From Octopus vulgaris (Eukaryota): a DNA stretch of 64,000 nt. Both the position numbers and the translations under genes were made by a program. The notes under the pieces are model-generated. The model had not been told where the DNA came from and made no database searches. It worked only from the letters and a program-made list of their open reading frames with translations. Position 1 is the stretch's first letter, and each line of letters starts with the position of its first letter. This document shows, piece after piece, positions 11,844 to 24,469 of this stretch. The stretch spans positions 33,666,001 to 33,730,000 of the forward strand of contig OX597834.1 in NCBI GenBank assembly GCA_951406725.2. The letters run 5' to 3'.

Positions 11844-12097
11844 ATGGTGGTGGCTGTGGTCGTGGTGGTGGTGTGGATAGCAGTGTTTGACTTTAAAATG
11901 GTTGTGGTGATGATGGTGGTGGTGGTGGTGGTGGTGGCGGCGACGGCGGTGGTGGAGTTCGTGGCAATAGTGTTTGACTTCAAAATGGTAAAGGTGATTG
12001 TGATGATGGCGATGATGATGATGATGAAGACAATAATGGGTGGTGGTGGTGGTCGTCGTGGCAATGATGTTTGAATTTAAAATAGTGATGGTGATTG

Positions 12098-12128
<31 letters not shown>

Positions 12129-12780
12129 GGTGATGATGATGATGGTGATGATGGTGATTGATGATGGTGGTGGTGGTGGTGATGGTGGTGGTGATAAAGA
12201 CGGCACATGACGGGGTTTTTGAAAAGATAATTGTTAAGGTGAGTGGTGCTGTGATAGTGATGGTGGCGACGGCAATGGTTGTAATGGTAGTTATGATGGT
12301 GATGGTGGTGGTGGTGGCGGCGGCGATGATGGTGGGAATAGTTGTTATGATGATGATGATGATGATGGAACTAGTAATGGTTGCAGCGAGGATGGTGGTT
12401 CTGGCGCTTGGTGTTCATAGGCAGTTGAGGTGATGGTTGTGTTTTTGGTGCTGGATTGGTGGCGATGGTGGCAGTGGTGGGTGGTATTGGTGATGTTGGT
12501 GTTGCTGTTGGTGGTGGTCTTGACGACTGTGATGATGGTGGAGGTGGCGGCGGTGGTGATGATCATGATGATGATGATCATGATGACGACGACGATGACG
12601 ATGATGATGGTGGGGGATGACGACGGCGATGACAAAGATGGTGATGATGACGATGATGATGATGACGACGACGATGACAATGACGATGATGATGATGACC
12701 ACCACCACCGCCGCCGCCACCACCACAACAACGATGATGGTGATAACGATGACGATGATGATGATGATGACCATGATGAT
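11735..12780. repeat. (GGT)n/(GAT)n trinucleotide field including a 90-bp composite minisatellite
   Basis: Conserved GTG..ATAG(CAG)TGTTTGAC.T.AAAATGG at 11781, 11871, 11961 and about 12058, separated by trinucleotide spacers. Confidence 0.85.
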
Positions 12781-13008
12781 GAATGTCTAACCTTCAAGTC
12801 AGCTCTCTGTGGTCGGGCAGAAACCTATGATGAAAGACATTCCAGTCGTAGCCAACCCGTCTCATATTTTTTTCTTTTGTGCAGGGAAGTCGGAAATACA
12901 TTATCCTAGTGTTATTTCCTAAAACGGTGTGTGAGTGTGTGTGTGTGTGTGAGTGTGTGTGAGTGTGTGTGTGTGTGAGAGTGAGTGTGAGTGTGTGTGT
13001 GTGAGTGT

Positions 13009-13054
<46 letters not shown>

Positions 13055-13080
13055 CTAAGTGAGTGTGTGTGTGTGTGACT

Positions 13081-13119
<39 letters not shown>

Positions 13120-14059
13120 AGTGAGTGTGAGTGTGTGTGTGTGAGTGTGTGAGTGAGTGTGAGTGTGTGTGTGTGTGTGTGTATGTGAGTGTGTGTGCGT
13201 GTGTGTGTGAGTGTGTGTATATGTGTGTGTGTGACTGAGTGTGTGTGACTGAGTGTGTGTTATTTAAAGGAGCTTTGACTGCTATTTCTAGTAACTCAAC
13301 AGGCGACATCGTGAGAGACAAAGGTCCCTTTTTGATGTCAAGCAATGACGACAGTAGCCATGGCGATGGAATAGCAATACAGGAGCTGTCGTCGTGGTTA
13401 AAAAGTGCCGTTGTTGTTGTTGTTGTTGCCGTCGCCGACGGTGCTGATGGCGGTGGGGATGATGATGGTGGTGGTGGCGGCGGTGATGATTGTAGGATGG
13501 AAATACAGCAAAAAAGTTAAAGTGTAATGTATGTAGCGGAGGAGGAGAAGAGGCAGGGGAGGCAGGGGAAAGCGTAGTACGGAGGAAAAAAGGGTGAAGA
13601 CAAGTAAAGGATTGAGAGAGGGAGCGAGGGGAGGAGTGAGAGAGGGAGCAAGGGTAAGGGAGTGGAGGTGGGAGGTAATAAAGAAGGCATTCAGTTACGC
13701 CACATAATATGATGGATGGTTAAGTTGTCTGTTAATTAGGTGTGAAGTCAGGCTCTTGTTGATATGTGTGGATGTGTGTGGGTATGTGTGTGTGCGCGCG
13801 TGCACACGTGTGTTACCGTGTGTGTGTGTGTGTGTGTGTAATATATGTGTATGTATGAATGTATATCTATCTGTCTATCTATCTGTCTATCTATCTGTCT
13901 GTCTATCTATCCATTTATCTATCTACCTATCTATCTATATTTATAGATATATGTATATATATATGGGTTTATGTGTGTGTATATATCTATATATGTATCC
14001 ACACACAGATACATGCTTACACAAGCTTACATATATAAAGATGTATGTGTGTGTGTATC

Positions 14060-14093
<34 letters not shown>

Positions 14094-14167
14094 ATATATA
14101 TATGCATATATATATTGTATATATATATATGTATATGTATGTATGTATACACGCACACACGTGTTTG

Positions 14168-14199
<32 letters not shown>

Positions 14200-14362
14200 C
14201 ATACACTGATACCCATGCATACACACACACACACACTCGTATATCAACAGGATGGGTCGAGAGAAGCGGGTGGTTCTGAAAAGGACGTAACACAAGCCGT
14301 TGTGGTTTGGTGCAGCGTTGTTGGATAGAAGTAGCAGCAGCAGCAGCAGCAGCAGCAGTAGC

Positions 14363-14418
<56 letters not shown>

Positions 14419-14569
14419 CAGCAGTGATGGTATATGTGAAGTGTTGAAGGGCGCTTGCTGGTGATTGTATGGGGCAGAACAAGAGCGGTCTCTTTAGACG
14501 TAATGGGTGGCTTCATCTGTAACAGGTCTATTGTGCGCTCTATGTGTTTGTGTGTGTTTGAGTGTGTTT

Positions 14570-14638
<69 letters not shown>

Positions 14639-14869
14639 AGAGAAAGTGTGTGGGATTTGGGAGTCGGATTTCAAGTACTACGTGGGTCGTTTTTTAAAGT
14701 TAGTGTGTGTGTTTGTATGTTGGAAAGTTTTTATTTTTCTCCTAAGGGTTGTGCGTTGCGGAACTACGTAGAACGTTTGTAATGTGTGTGTGTGTGCGTG
14801 TGTGTGTGTATGCATGCGCGCGCGCGTGTGTGTGTGTGTGTGTGCTTGTGTGTGTTTATAATAATCCGT

Positions 14870-15670
14870 TCTACTAAAGCACAATGCCTGAAATTTTGGG
14901 GGTAGGAGTCAGTCGATAACATCGATCCCAGGATTCAAATGACACTGTAGTGATCCTATATAACGGTGCGCGCTCGCGCACCGTCCATTTCTATTTCGCG
15001 CGTGCGGTGTTGGTGCCTTCACCAAGGCAGAGAGGAAGGGCCCTCTCGCGCATGCGCGAAGCCCCGGAAGAAGGACCATTTGCCTACGTGGCAGTTAGCC
15101 GAGGCAAGGGGATCGTAGGACGTTGACCACTAGCGTCCAGCAGCAGTCATTGACTTGAGACAAAGCGACCGAAGGCAACGGACGTATATTTTCTCGTTGT
15201 CCCTTTATGATAGCAGTCGGCCGAAGGCTTTAACCAAATTGTTGCAGACAACATCATCTTCTTCTTTCCGGACGCCATTTTGACCAGTGTCGTTAGCATT
15301 TGAACACTGTAGATTCTACAGCGATATAGTTCAGCTCTGACACATCTATACCAAAGGGATACCCAGATATACCACTTATTTGTTACTGTCATAAGAGAAT
15401 AAAGTAGATATATATATTTTACGTCTGCGTCTTGTTGTTTCTGACTGGTAGAATCTGGATTATTAAAGCAACGGATAGTGATTGCTTCTCGCACCCCCAA
15501 AAGGTCCAGAGAAGATACACACTAGTTCGTTACAACACTTATTTTATCGACCCCGAAAGGACGAAAGACAAAGTCGACCTCAGCGGAAATTGAACTCAGA
15601 ACATAAAGACGGACGAAATGCCACAAAACAATTTGTCCGGCGTACTAACGATTCTGGAAGCTTGCCGCCT
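14870..15670 (-). mobile_element. SINE family A split by the solo LTR
   Basis: ATCGATCCCAGGATTCAAATGACAC | ACAC TTATTTTATCGACCCCGAAAGG rejoins into the SINE body when the LTR is removed. Confidence 0.8.
14946..15534 (+). mobile_element. Solo LTR (probably Gypsy-like), 589 bp
   Basis: TGTA...TACA termini; 4-bp TSD ACAC at 14942-14945 and 15535-15538; AATAAA at 15398-15403; GC/CpG-rich 5' half. Confidence 0.88.
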
Positions 15671-15701
15671 TGAACGGTCTATAAATAATAGTTCTTAGAA
15701 G

Positions 15702-15867
15702 CAGGGCCGGCTCAAGGCACCGGCATGTCGAGCAGTAATCCAGAGCGCCATGTGGATGGGGGCGCAAACGAGGGCGTGACAAAGACAAGGAAATTTCCAC
15801 GACCGTCAGCTTGTACACTCCAATGATCAGCTTTCCCGGGGCGCCAGCAACCCAAAAGCCGGCCCTG
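15702..15867. mobile_element. hAT-type MITE, 166 bp
   Basis: TIR CAGGGCCGGCT/AGCCGGCCCTG; perfect 8-bp TSD CTTAGAAG at 15694-15701 and 15868-15875. Confidence 0.93.
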
Positions 15868-16420
15868 CTTAGAAGTGAATATGAAAGCTTATTGTGTGAT
15901 TTCTTATAGGAAAGACTATATCAACATTTACAACAGTGTTGCATTTGTAATATATGAGGTATCAAGGGTTGGTTTCTGGTGGAAATGTTCGGGCTATGCT
16001 TGAAGAGATCCATGTAGTAGCTTAGCGAGAGTGTGTGCCGCCCCATCCCAAAGGCCTCCAAGCTTATAGCCTTATACAGCAAACCCAAAAGTGCCGTCCA
16101 GGACGGATCACCCGCCTTCCCCGTTACGTACTCCATTTGCTTACTGCTGTTTCTGCTCATATGATGCAGCACACTCAAATGACTTCGTTTTTGAAGCTCT
16201 GGAGAAGCTATAAGGTGAATGCACAAGCACTCTTCTCTGAGTGCACTGCATCTTATAGTGGAAACAGCTGTAAGCTAATGAAATTCATTGCATAATTATC
16301 GGTTCCTTTGTCATTTATTTAATGTCACATTACACTTTGAACTTGACAAACACTTCGTTCTGAAGCTTATGCATATTGAGTTATAATACCAGGTTATTAA
16401 TATCTCTGTATCTATGTATA

Positions 16421-16570
16421 CGAAGGGGTGCTGAAAAGTTCCTGGCTTTGGGTAAAAGAAAATAGAGGAGGATCAGTTAATTATGATTTTATCCAACATA
16501 TTCCCCTCAGATTCACAAACTGTTAAAGAACTCGGAAGGTTGAGCCTCCAGCCAGGCCTTTCACGGCTTG
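16421..16570 (-). mobile_element. Mariner 3' end fragment
   Basis: TA-CGAAGGGGTGCTGAAAAGTTCC TIR; reverse strand ends VNLRG.YV; homologous to 19169-19352. Confidence 0.75.
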
Positions 16571-17550
16571 CGAACCCCTGGGTTACAGCTTTTGAATTGG
16601 TAAAGCTATAATACAGGGAAGGTGTACTTCGGGCAGGAGCATTCCCAGTTCCGTGGTTCTCGTCGTGGTTGAGCCCTTCGATGAAGTGCTGCGTAGTCGA
16701 AGTAACGGTCCCCATCGATCACTTATGGATGGACAAAGGGACAGTGCAAAGCGATGGAGACGGTCTGTGCTGGGAAATATGTGGAAGTGTTTTGGAGAGG
16801 ATTTGTAGCGGTCTTCTGTTGTCTTTTGGCATTTACCTGTTTCAGTTTTTGGCAGTGTCGTTTATTTATTGTTGTTGCTTTGTTTCGGTTTGTGATGATG
16901 GTAGTGGTGGTGGTCGTGGTTTTGGTGGTGGTGGTGGACATATTGGTCAAGTCGAAATAGCTGTAGCGGCCGCTTTGGTGATTGTGGCAGAGAGGATCGT
17001 GATTGTTATGGGTAGTAGTGGTGGTGGAAATGGTTTTCATAATGGTGGTGGTGATTGCGGTAGTTGTGATGGTGGTGGCGGTGGTGGTGGCTTTGGCAGC
17101 GGTGGTGGTGGAGATGGTAGTGGTGGTATTTGTGGTGATTATGGTAGCTGTGATGGTGGTGACTGCCTTGGCACCAGCAATGATGGTGTGTATGGTTTGG
17201 TGGTTGCAGTTGTGATGGTAGTTGTAATAGTGGTGATGACGGTGGCGGTTGTGTCAGTGGTGGTGATGGTGATGGTAATGGTAGGGATGTTAGGGACGTT
17301 TATTATCTGCGTGTCATATTTTCCACCATCAAACTATGAATAATTCGTTAGTTTAAACGATATTTGGTTTCCTTTAAATTGTTGTTGTTATTGTTGTTGT
17401 TGTTCTGTTGTTTTTCTATCTCGTTGATAGTTTTGATTTTGGTTTTCGTAGCTTGGTGGAACGAACAATGGAGTCAAGAAGCAAGATGGCGAAATTAACG
17501 AGGCGAGTTGACTGTTACATAAAGTTTATGCATATGTGTATGTATATATG

Positions 17551-17596
<46 letters not shown>

Positions 17597-17735
17597 TTTT
17601 TACACATACATATGTGTATGTGTATGTATATGTATATATGTGCAAAATATACATATAAATATGCATATATATACATATCTATACATATATATATATATGT
17701 ATATATACACATATATATATATACATATATATACA

Positions 17736-17776
<41 letters not shown>

Positions 17777-17782
17777 GGAGTA

Positions 17783-17823
<41 letters not shown>

Positions 17824-18317
17824 ACAGAAACACAGTGAGCCAGGCAGACAGACCGACTGATAGTAGATGGTTGCCTGGAGATTAACTCTTACTGTCTGTC
17901 TGCCATTAAAGCTCTGGGTGGCGAAGGAGAGAGTCTTTGAGAAAGATGGCGCGAGGGACGGGTTGTTTGGAAAGAAGATAGTCTATGTTTGTCAATTCAA
18001 CTGCAGTCAATCACACCTTCCTGTCATTTTGACAGAGATATATATGGCTGCGAGGTGAAATTGAAACGACGACCCTGCCGATCGCGTAATACGATAACGT
18101 GGCATGATGAATGTTCTGTGGGCGTATGGGAGTGTATGTGTGAGTGTGCGTGTCTGATTGTACGTGTATGTGTGTGTGTGTGAATATGTATGTGCGTGTG
18201 TATAGACATGAATATATGCATACACATATATCTGTGTATGTACGTATATATGTGAGTGTGTGTATGTATGTGTATATATATATATATATACTTATATATA
18301 CATACATACATACATGG

Positions 18318-18348
<31 letters not shown>

Positions 18349-18417
18349 CATGTGTATGTATTGTATATATGTATATCTATCTATCTACCTACATAGCTAT
18401 CTATCTATCTATCTCGG

Positions 18418-18478
<61 letters not shown>

Positions 18479-19168
18479 TTTATTTTAAGCAGCAGAAAAT
18501 TCAACAAAATCTGTTACTCTGAGTTACTCTGTTACATATATATATGTATGTATGTATATGTATATGTATGTATGTATGTATATGTATGTATATATATATA
18601 TATATATATATATACATACATACGTATATACATATACATACATATATATATGCCTGTATGTGTATATGAATGTATGCATATATGTGTGTGTATATATATA
18701 TATAATATATATATATATTCATGCGCACTCGCGCATGTACATTTATCATATATTTTGTGTGTGCGCGCGAGCGCGTGAGTTACGTATTTATAAATCTTTC
18801 AGAATATCGAGAAACTAAATCTCGCTCACCACGGACTGATGTTATGGAAGGAAAGAGTGATAAAAAAACAAAATACAACGGAATAATAATATCTCATTTA
18901 TCATAGTGTCCTTCCATAAAACTATCCCTTTCTATCTAGCAGGTGTTTTTAAGCTCATCCTATTGTCGTGCCAGCGTATGGCAGCTTTGGTATAAACTTG
19001 CTTGGTGTAAGAGAGAACCGACCCTATACCATTGAATCATTTGTTTTCCCTGGGTATGTTTCCATCGACCTTTTTCTAAATTTTGATACTAGTCTTTGTA
19101 TAATTCTACATACACACAGACACACACACGTGCGCACACATACATACACGAAAACACACACACACACA

Positions 19169-19352
19169 AGAAGGGGAGCTGAAAAATTCCTGGCTTTGGG
19201 TAAAAGAAAATACAGGTGGATCAGTTAATTATGATTTTATTCAACATATTCCCCTCCCAGGTTCACACACTTATTGCAGAGTCCTCCAGTTTTTCTAAGC
19301 TCTGTAAAAGAACTCAGAAAGTTGGGCCTTCAACCAAGCCTTTCGCAATGTC
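19169..19352 (-). mobile_element. Mariner 3' end fragment
   Basis: Reverse strand AWLKAQLSEFF...LEKLED..CNKCVNLGGEYVE* (frameshifted), followed by the TIR. Confidence 0.8.
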
Positions 19353-20376
19353 TTTAAAGCCGAGATGTGAAATGAAGCGTCTTGCTCAAGGACACAATAC
19401 GCTGCCAGGAATCGAACTCCCGACTTTACAGTCGTGGGTTGAATACCCCTAACTACTAAGCCGTATGCCTTTACGTGACTGATCTAATATTAATGAAAAC
19501 AGAGATCAGTATCTATAGTGATAACAGAAATCACTGTATCTAGTCACACTAGATACAGTAAACACTAGAAACGCTCCATAGCAATGCCACGGCATCAATT
19601 GTTCCTTTTATTTCTTCACTTGTAAGCCTTCTCAACCTAAAACATCATGGAACGTGAATACACGGCTCAGTGAACAATTTATACGACCGATCTGTTCACC
19701 GATCTTTTCCATGTTACTAAATATTACTATTAGTGAACATATTAACCTCAATAGAAACTAGAAACAGTTCCTAGTAATGTCACAGCATCGTTCGATTTTT
19801 TCACTCACAAACCTCATTCTTCCCGGATTAGCATACTTTATATTATTATTCTTTCGCTTTCTTCCTTCCATTCGTCCTTTCTTTATCCTATTCATACTCG
19901 GTTCCTTTCTTTATTCCAGTTAGTTTTTCTTTTCCACTGTTTCTTTAATTTTTTTTTTATCTCGTTCTTTATTTCGCTTTTACTCATTTCTTTTCTCGTT
20001 TTCATTTTTCATTCATTTCTTTCTTTCAATTTGTCATTTTTCTTTTTTCCTTTATTTTTTAAAAGTATTTTCCCCCTTTTATACGTTTTCTTCTTTATTC
20101 TCCCACCAGCACCGCCATCGCCAGTGCCACCCCAATTCCTTCTCATTATCTCCTCACCCCCACACTCCATCCAACCACCCCACATCTCCACCCGTTCCCC
20201 TACCCTTCACCCACTCCCCACCGCCACCATTGTTGTCATACTTTCAAGGAATAATCTCTTAAAACTATTTGTGAATTCTTATGAAGGTCTGTCTCACCGC
20301 TAAAGACTCCCGGTTCTTCCACCCTGCATACCTGCACACGTACACACACGAACACACACGTACGTACGTACATACA

Positions 20377-20409
<33 letters not shown>

Positions 20410-20526
20410 GCATGCATGCGTACATACATATACATAAAGACGCACTGAAATATGTCCACGTGCATACATACATTTTCTATACACATGCACACACAGACAC
20501 AAACACACACACACATATATATATAT

Positions 20527-20575
<49 letters not shown>

Positions 20576-20683
20576 CACATACATGCATACTGACAAATTC
20601 ACAACCGTGCATGCAGATCACCTTCAACATACATACCTGAAGACCTCAGCATTCCTCTACCCACAAACACTTGTGAGAGCGTG

Positions 20684-20756
<73 letters not shown>

Positions 20757-20761
20757 TATAT

Positions 20762-20800
<39 letters not shown>

Positions 20801-21463
20801 CACGCAGGCACACAATAATTCTGCTTTCTTTTATTTGCTTTCCTCTCTCCCCACCTTTCTCTCCCTCTCTCCAATTCTCCCATTCTGCTTCTCCTTGTCT
20901 CCATTCTCTCCTTCCTTTCTCTCTCTTAATCCTTTCCTATTCTTTCTCCTTTACTTCTCTCCCTTTTCCATCTTTAAATGTCATTCTTCCCTCGTCTCCT
21001 CCTCTTTCTCTCTCATCCCCCTCCGTTATATTTGTATATTGCTCATACTCACTCTTATGTTTCCCTCCCTCCTCTTCTCTTTCCCTCTCTTTTCTCTCCC
21101 TTTCTGTCTGTCTCTCTCTCTCTTTCTCTCTACCCCTTCCTCTGCCCTCCACTCGCACCAGAAAAAACTAATCCTTTAAAACTATTTGCAGATTCTTTCT
21201 TGTGAAGGTCTTAACTGTTGATAAGGACTTGGTCATTAGCTAAGGTTGTATACACATATATGCACAGGTATGTCTGTGTGTGTGAATGTATGTATGTGTG
21301 TGCGTGTGTATGTATATGCGTATATCTATGTGTATGTGTCTACATATATATATGGGTATATATATACAGCATATACATCCACATACATCATACAAATGGA
21401 ACATATATATATATATATATACACACGTGCATGTACACACATACATATATACATGGACATACA

Positions 21464-21543
<80 letters not shown>

Positions 21544-21634
21544 TACACACAAACATATATACAAATATGTACATATAGGTATATATATTTGTATATACAT
21601 ATACACATATATGTATATATGGGTATATATACAT

Positions 21635-21683
<49 letters not shown>

Positions 21684-21824
21684 GTAAACACAGACACACA
21701 CAAAAGTAGGAGACAGATAAATATATATATATATATATATATCCATTCATACGCACAGACCTCAGAGCACACACTGAATACAAGTGGACCCAGGAGGCGT
21801 TGACTCACAGAGATAGGTACACAC

Positions 21825-21876
<52 letters not shown>

Positions 21877-22195
21877 TCATGGATAAATACTCGCGCATGC
21901 ACACATACTCGTCTAACACATTAAAGTATCAGACATCAAACACATTGACTGACCGACCGAACACGCATACATGGGCACGTACACACACATACACACACGC
22001 ACGCATGCACACGAGTACACGCGCACACACACTCACACTCACACACACTCACTCAAGCACACACAATGACAGGCAACACACACACACCAGTCCGAGTATT
22101 AGCTAAAATTACAAACGCATACAAATAAACACGCAAATATACATATATACCAGACATACCTATACACATCGAAACACAAGTCTCTCTTTCTCTCT

Positions 22196-22238
<43 letters not shown>

Positions 22239-22386
22239 TATAGAGAGAGAGACAGACAGACATACTCACACACTCACTTTACATACTCAGCATATACATC
22301 CGCATACATCATACAAATAGAACATACACACATGCATGTACACACATACATATATACATGCACATACAAACATATATATATATACG

Positions 22387-22419
<33 letters not shown>

Positions 22420-22908
22420 GTATGTATATATATGTATATATATATATATGATATATATATATATATGCATACATATATATACATATACAAACTCACACAC
22501 TCACGCACAATCTCTTTTTCTCATACACACACACACACACACAGACACGCATATATATATACCTAAATACATATATATATATATACATACACATACGCAG
22601 CTATCCAACCGTACGTCCATCCACACACGTATGCCAGCATACAAAAGAATTAAAAAATCCCTTTCTGTTTTGTATTTTTTTTTCTGTCCCCTGTTCTAAC
22701 TTCTTTTATGAATGCATTCCTGAGTAACAACAACAGCAACTACAACAACAACAACACTAGCAGTAACAACAACGACTTCAGTGAACGAATGTGAATACAA
22801 CAGACTTGTAGTTGTGTATAGTCAATAGGTTGTTATGTACTTATATACTGTGGTCAGTCGACACCTCTCACTTGCAATATCCTCTTCAATTTCTGCTTTA
22901 TAAAAATA

Positions 22909-23300
22909 CTAGCAGTATCGTCCGGCGTTGCTCGGGTTTGTTTCGACCCTTTAGAATTGGAATTTTTGAAAAGTAAAAATTTTGATTTATGTAGCATGTT
23001 ATTCTCTTTAAGTGAACATTTTCCTGGTTGAAATACACCGAAAAATGGTGACACGGCAGTCAAAAAATCGTAAAAAATAGGGATTTTCATAGATAAAAAG
23101 GACCTTTTTGATGTAAATAACTTTTGGTGTTAACATGGTCTGATTTGAATTTTTTCTTCTACGGAAGGAAGAGCAAGCCTTCTTCTATCATGCTCTCAAT
23201 TTTGGTCAACTTGCGCCGCAGGGTCTCGGAGGTGATAGTGTTAGTTGAAGGCTACCAAACCTGCCATACACAGATAACTCCAGCTTTATATATTTAGAGA
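22909..23300 (-). mobile_element. Complete non-autonomous Helitron, 392 bp
   Basis: Minus strand A|TCTCTAAATATATAAAG...CCCGAGCAACGCCGGACGATACTGCTAG|T: 5' TC, 3' hairpin plus CTAG, AT target, no TSD. Confidence 0.88.
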
Positions 23301-23479
23301 TAATCTCTCTATATATAAACGGCAAAATGTCTGTGTGTGTGTCCTTTATACAAATTCACAATTTTTTAGTTAGAGGACTCGCACTTTCTATGGTCATTCA
23401 AAACCGTCCAAGGGTGGTCGTACACATCTTTACATTTCTTTACAATTTCCGTCAAACTCCGCCAATCTCCGGCTAACTA

Positions 23480-23853
23480 CACCAATCTCACTCTATCTCC
23501 GCCTATCTCACTCACTCCCAGGTGTTTTAACACCCAGCATTATTGGAAAATCTCCCAAAATGCTATTCCGCCAATGTACGGCTATCTCCGGCAATCTCCG
23601 ACAATCTCCGGCAAACTCTGGCATTCTCCGGCAAACTTCGGCAATCTCCGACAATCTCACTCTATCTCCGCCTATCTCACTCTCTCCCAGGTGTTTTAAC
23701 ACCCAGCATTATTGGGAAATCTCCCAAAATGCTATTCCGCCAATGTACGGCTATCTCCGGTAATCTCCGGAAAACTCCGGCATTCTCCGGTAATCTCCGG
23801 CAATCTCAGTCTATCTCCGCCTATCTCACTCTCTCCCAGGTGTTTTAACACCC
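23480..23853. repeat. Higher-order repeat (169/149 bp) built from 10-bp monomers
   Basis: GGTGTTTTAACACC palindrome at 23521, 23690 and 23839; periods differ by exactly two 10-mers. Confidence 0.9.
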
Positions 23854-23999
23854 ACAATCTCCGGCATTTTCTTGTTTATTTTTATTTCTCGTATTGTAAT
23901 TTCTTGTACATGTATTTTTATCTTGTATTTTATTTTGTAGTTTTATTTGTATCGTTTTTACGTTCTGTTTGTGTTACATTTTTTTCTTGCTTGTTTTTA

Positions 24000-24330
24000 C
24001 CCCTCTGCGAGGTAATTTTATTTTAATTCCCTCGCAGGAAGGATTAGTTTGGTGAGTCGTGTTCTGTCTTGCCTTCGAAACACGCTAGAGTCGAACTAGT
24101 GACAGCTGATGAAGGGGATTTTTCCTTGTGTAGTATGTCTTGTACTCTGTTTTTCTGTTGTAAAAAAATGTTTTTTCCGTTTTCGTTTCTCGTTGAGTTC
24201 TACGTCTACTTGTGGTGTCCTGTACTCACGTATATATATTTATATATGCATGTATATATACATGTAGATGTAGGTACGTACATATATGTTTGTATGTATG
24301 CATATATTTTATTTATTACACTATTGTTTG
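24000..24330 (+). mobile_element. Dispersed repeat, probably a Penelope-like terminal region
   Basis: CGAAACACG...GCTGATGAAGGGGA...GTACTCTGTTTT...CATGTAGATGTAGGTA; homologous pieces at 40244-40479, related sequence at 8640-8820. Confidence 0.55.
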
Positions 24331-24397
24331 ACAGCGCCCTCGCGTCGGTTCGATTCGATTCGTTCGCTTCGTTCCGTTCTTATTCTCCCAGTACTGT

Positions 24398-24469
<72 letters not shown>

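Noticed and set aside
11781-12090. CRISPR-like repeat/spacer look
   Set aside because: Spacers are microsatellites, repeats are diverged, context is eukaryotic and there are no cas genes.
15921-16295. Overlapping 86-101 aa ORFs
   Set aside because: No recognisable family; probably decayed repeat DNA.
16669-17343. 224-aa Gly-rich ORF
   Set aside because: Openness is explained by (GGT)n degeneracy; the start is not ATG.
24070-24120. CGAAA...CTGATGA as a type II hammerhead (also about 8650-8690 and 40430-40475)
   Set aside because: Helices I and III cannot be formed in any copy.
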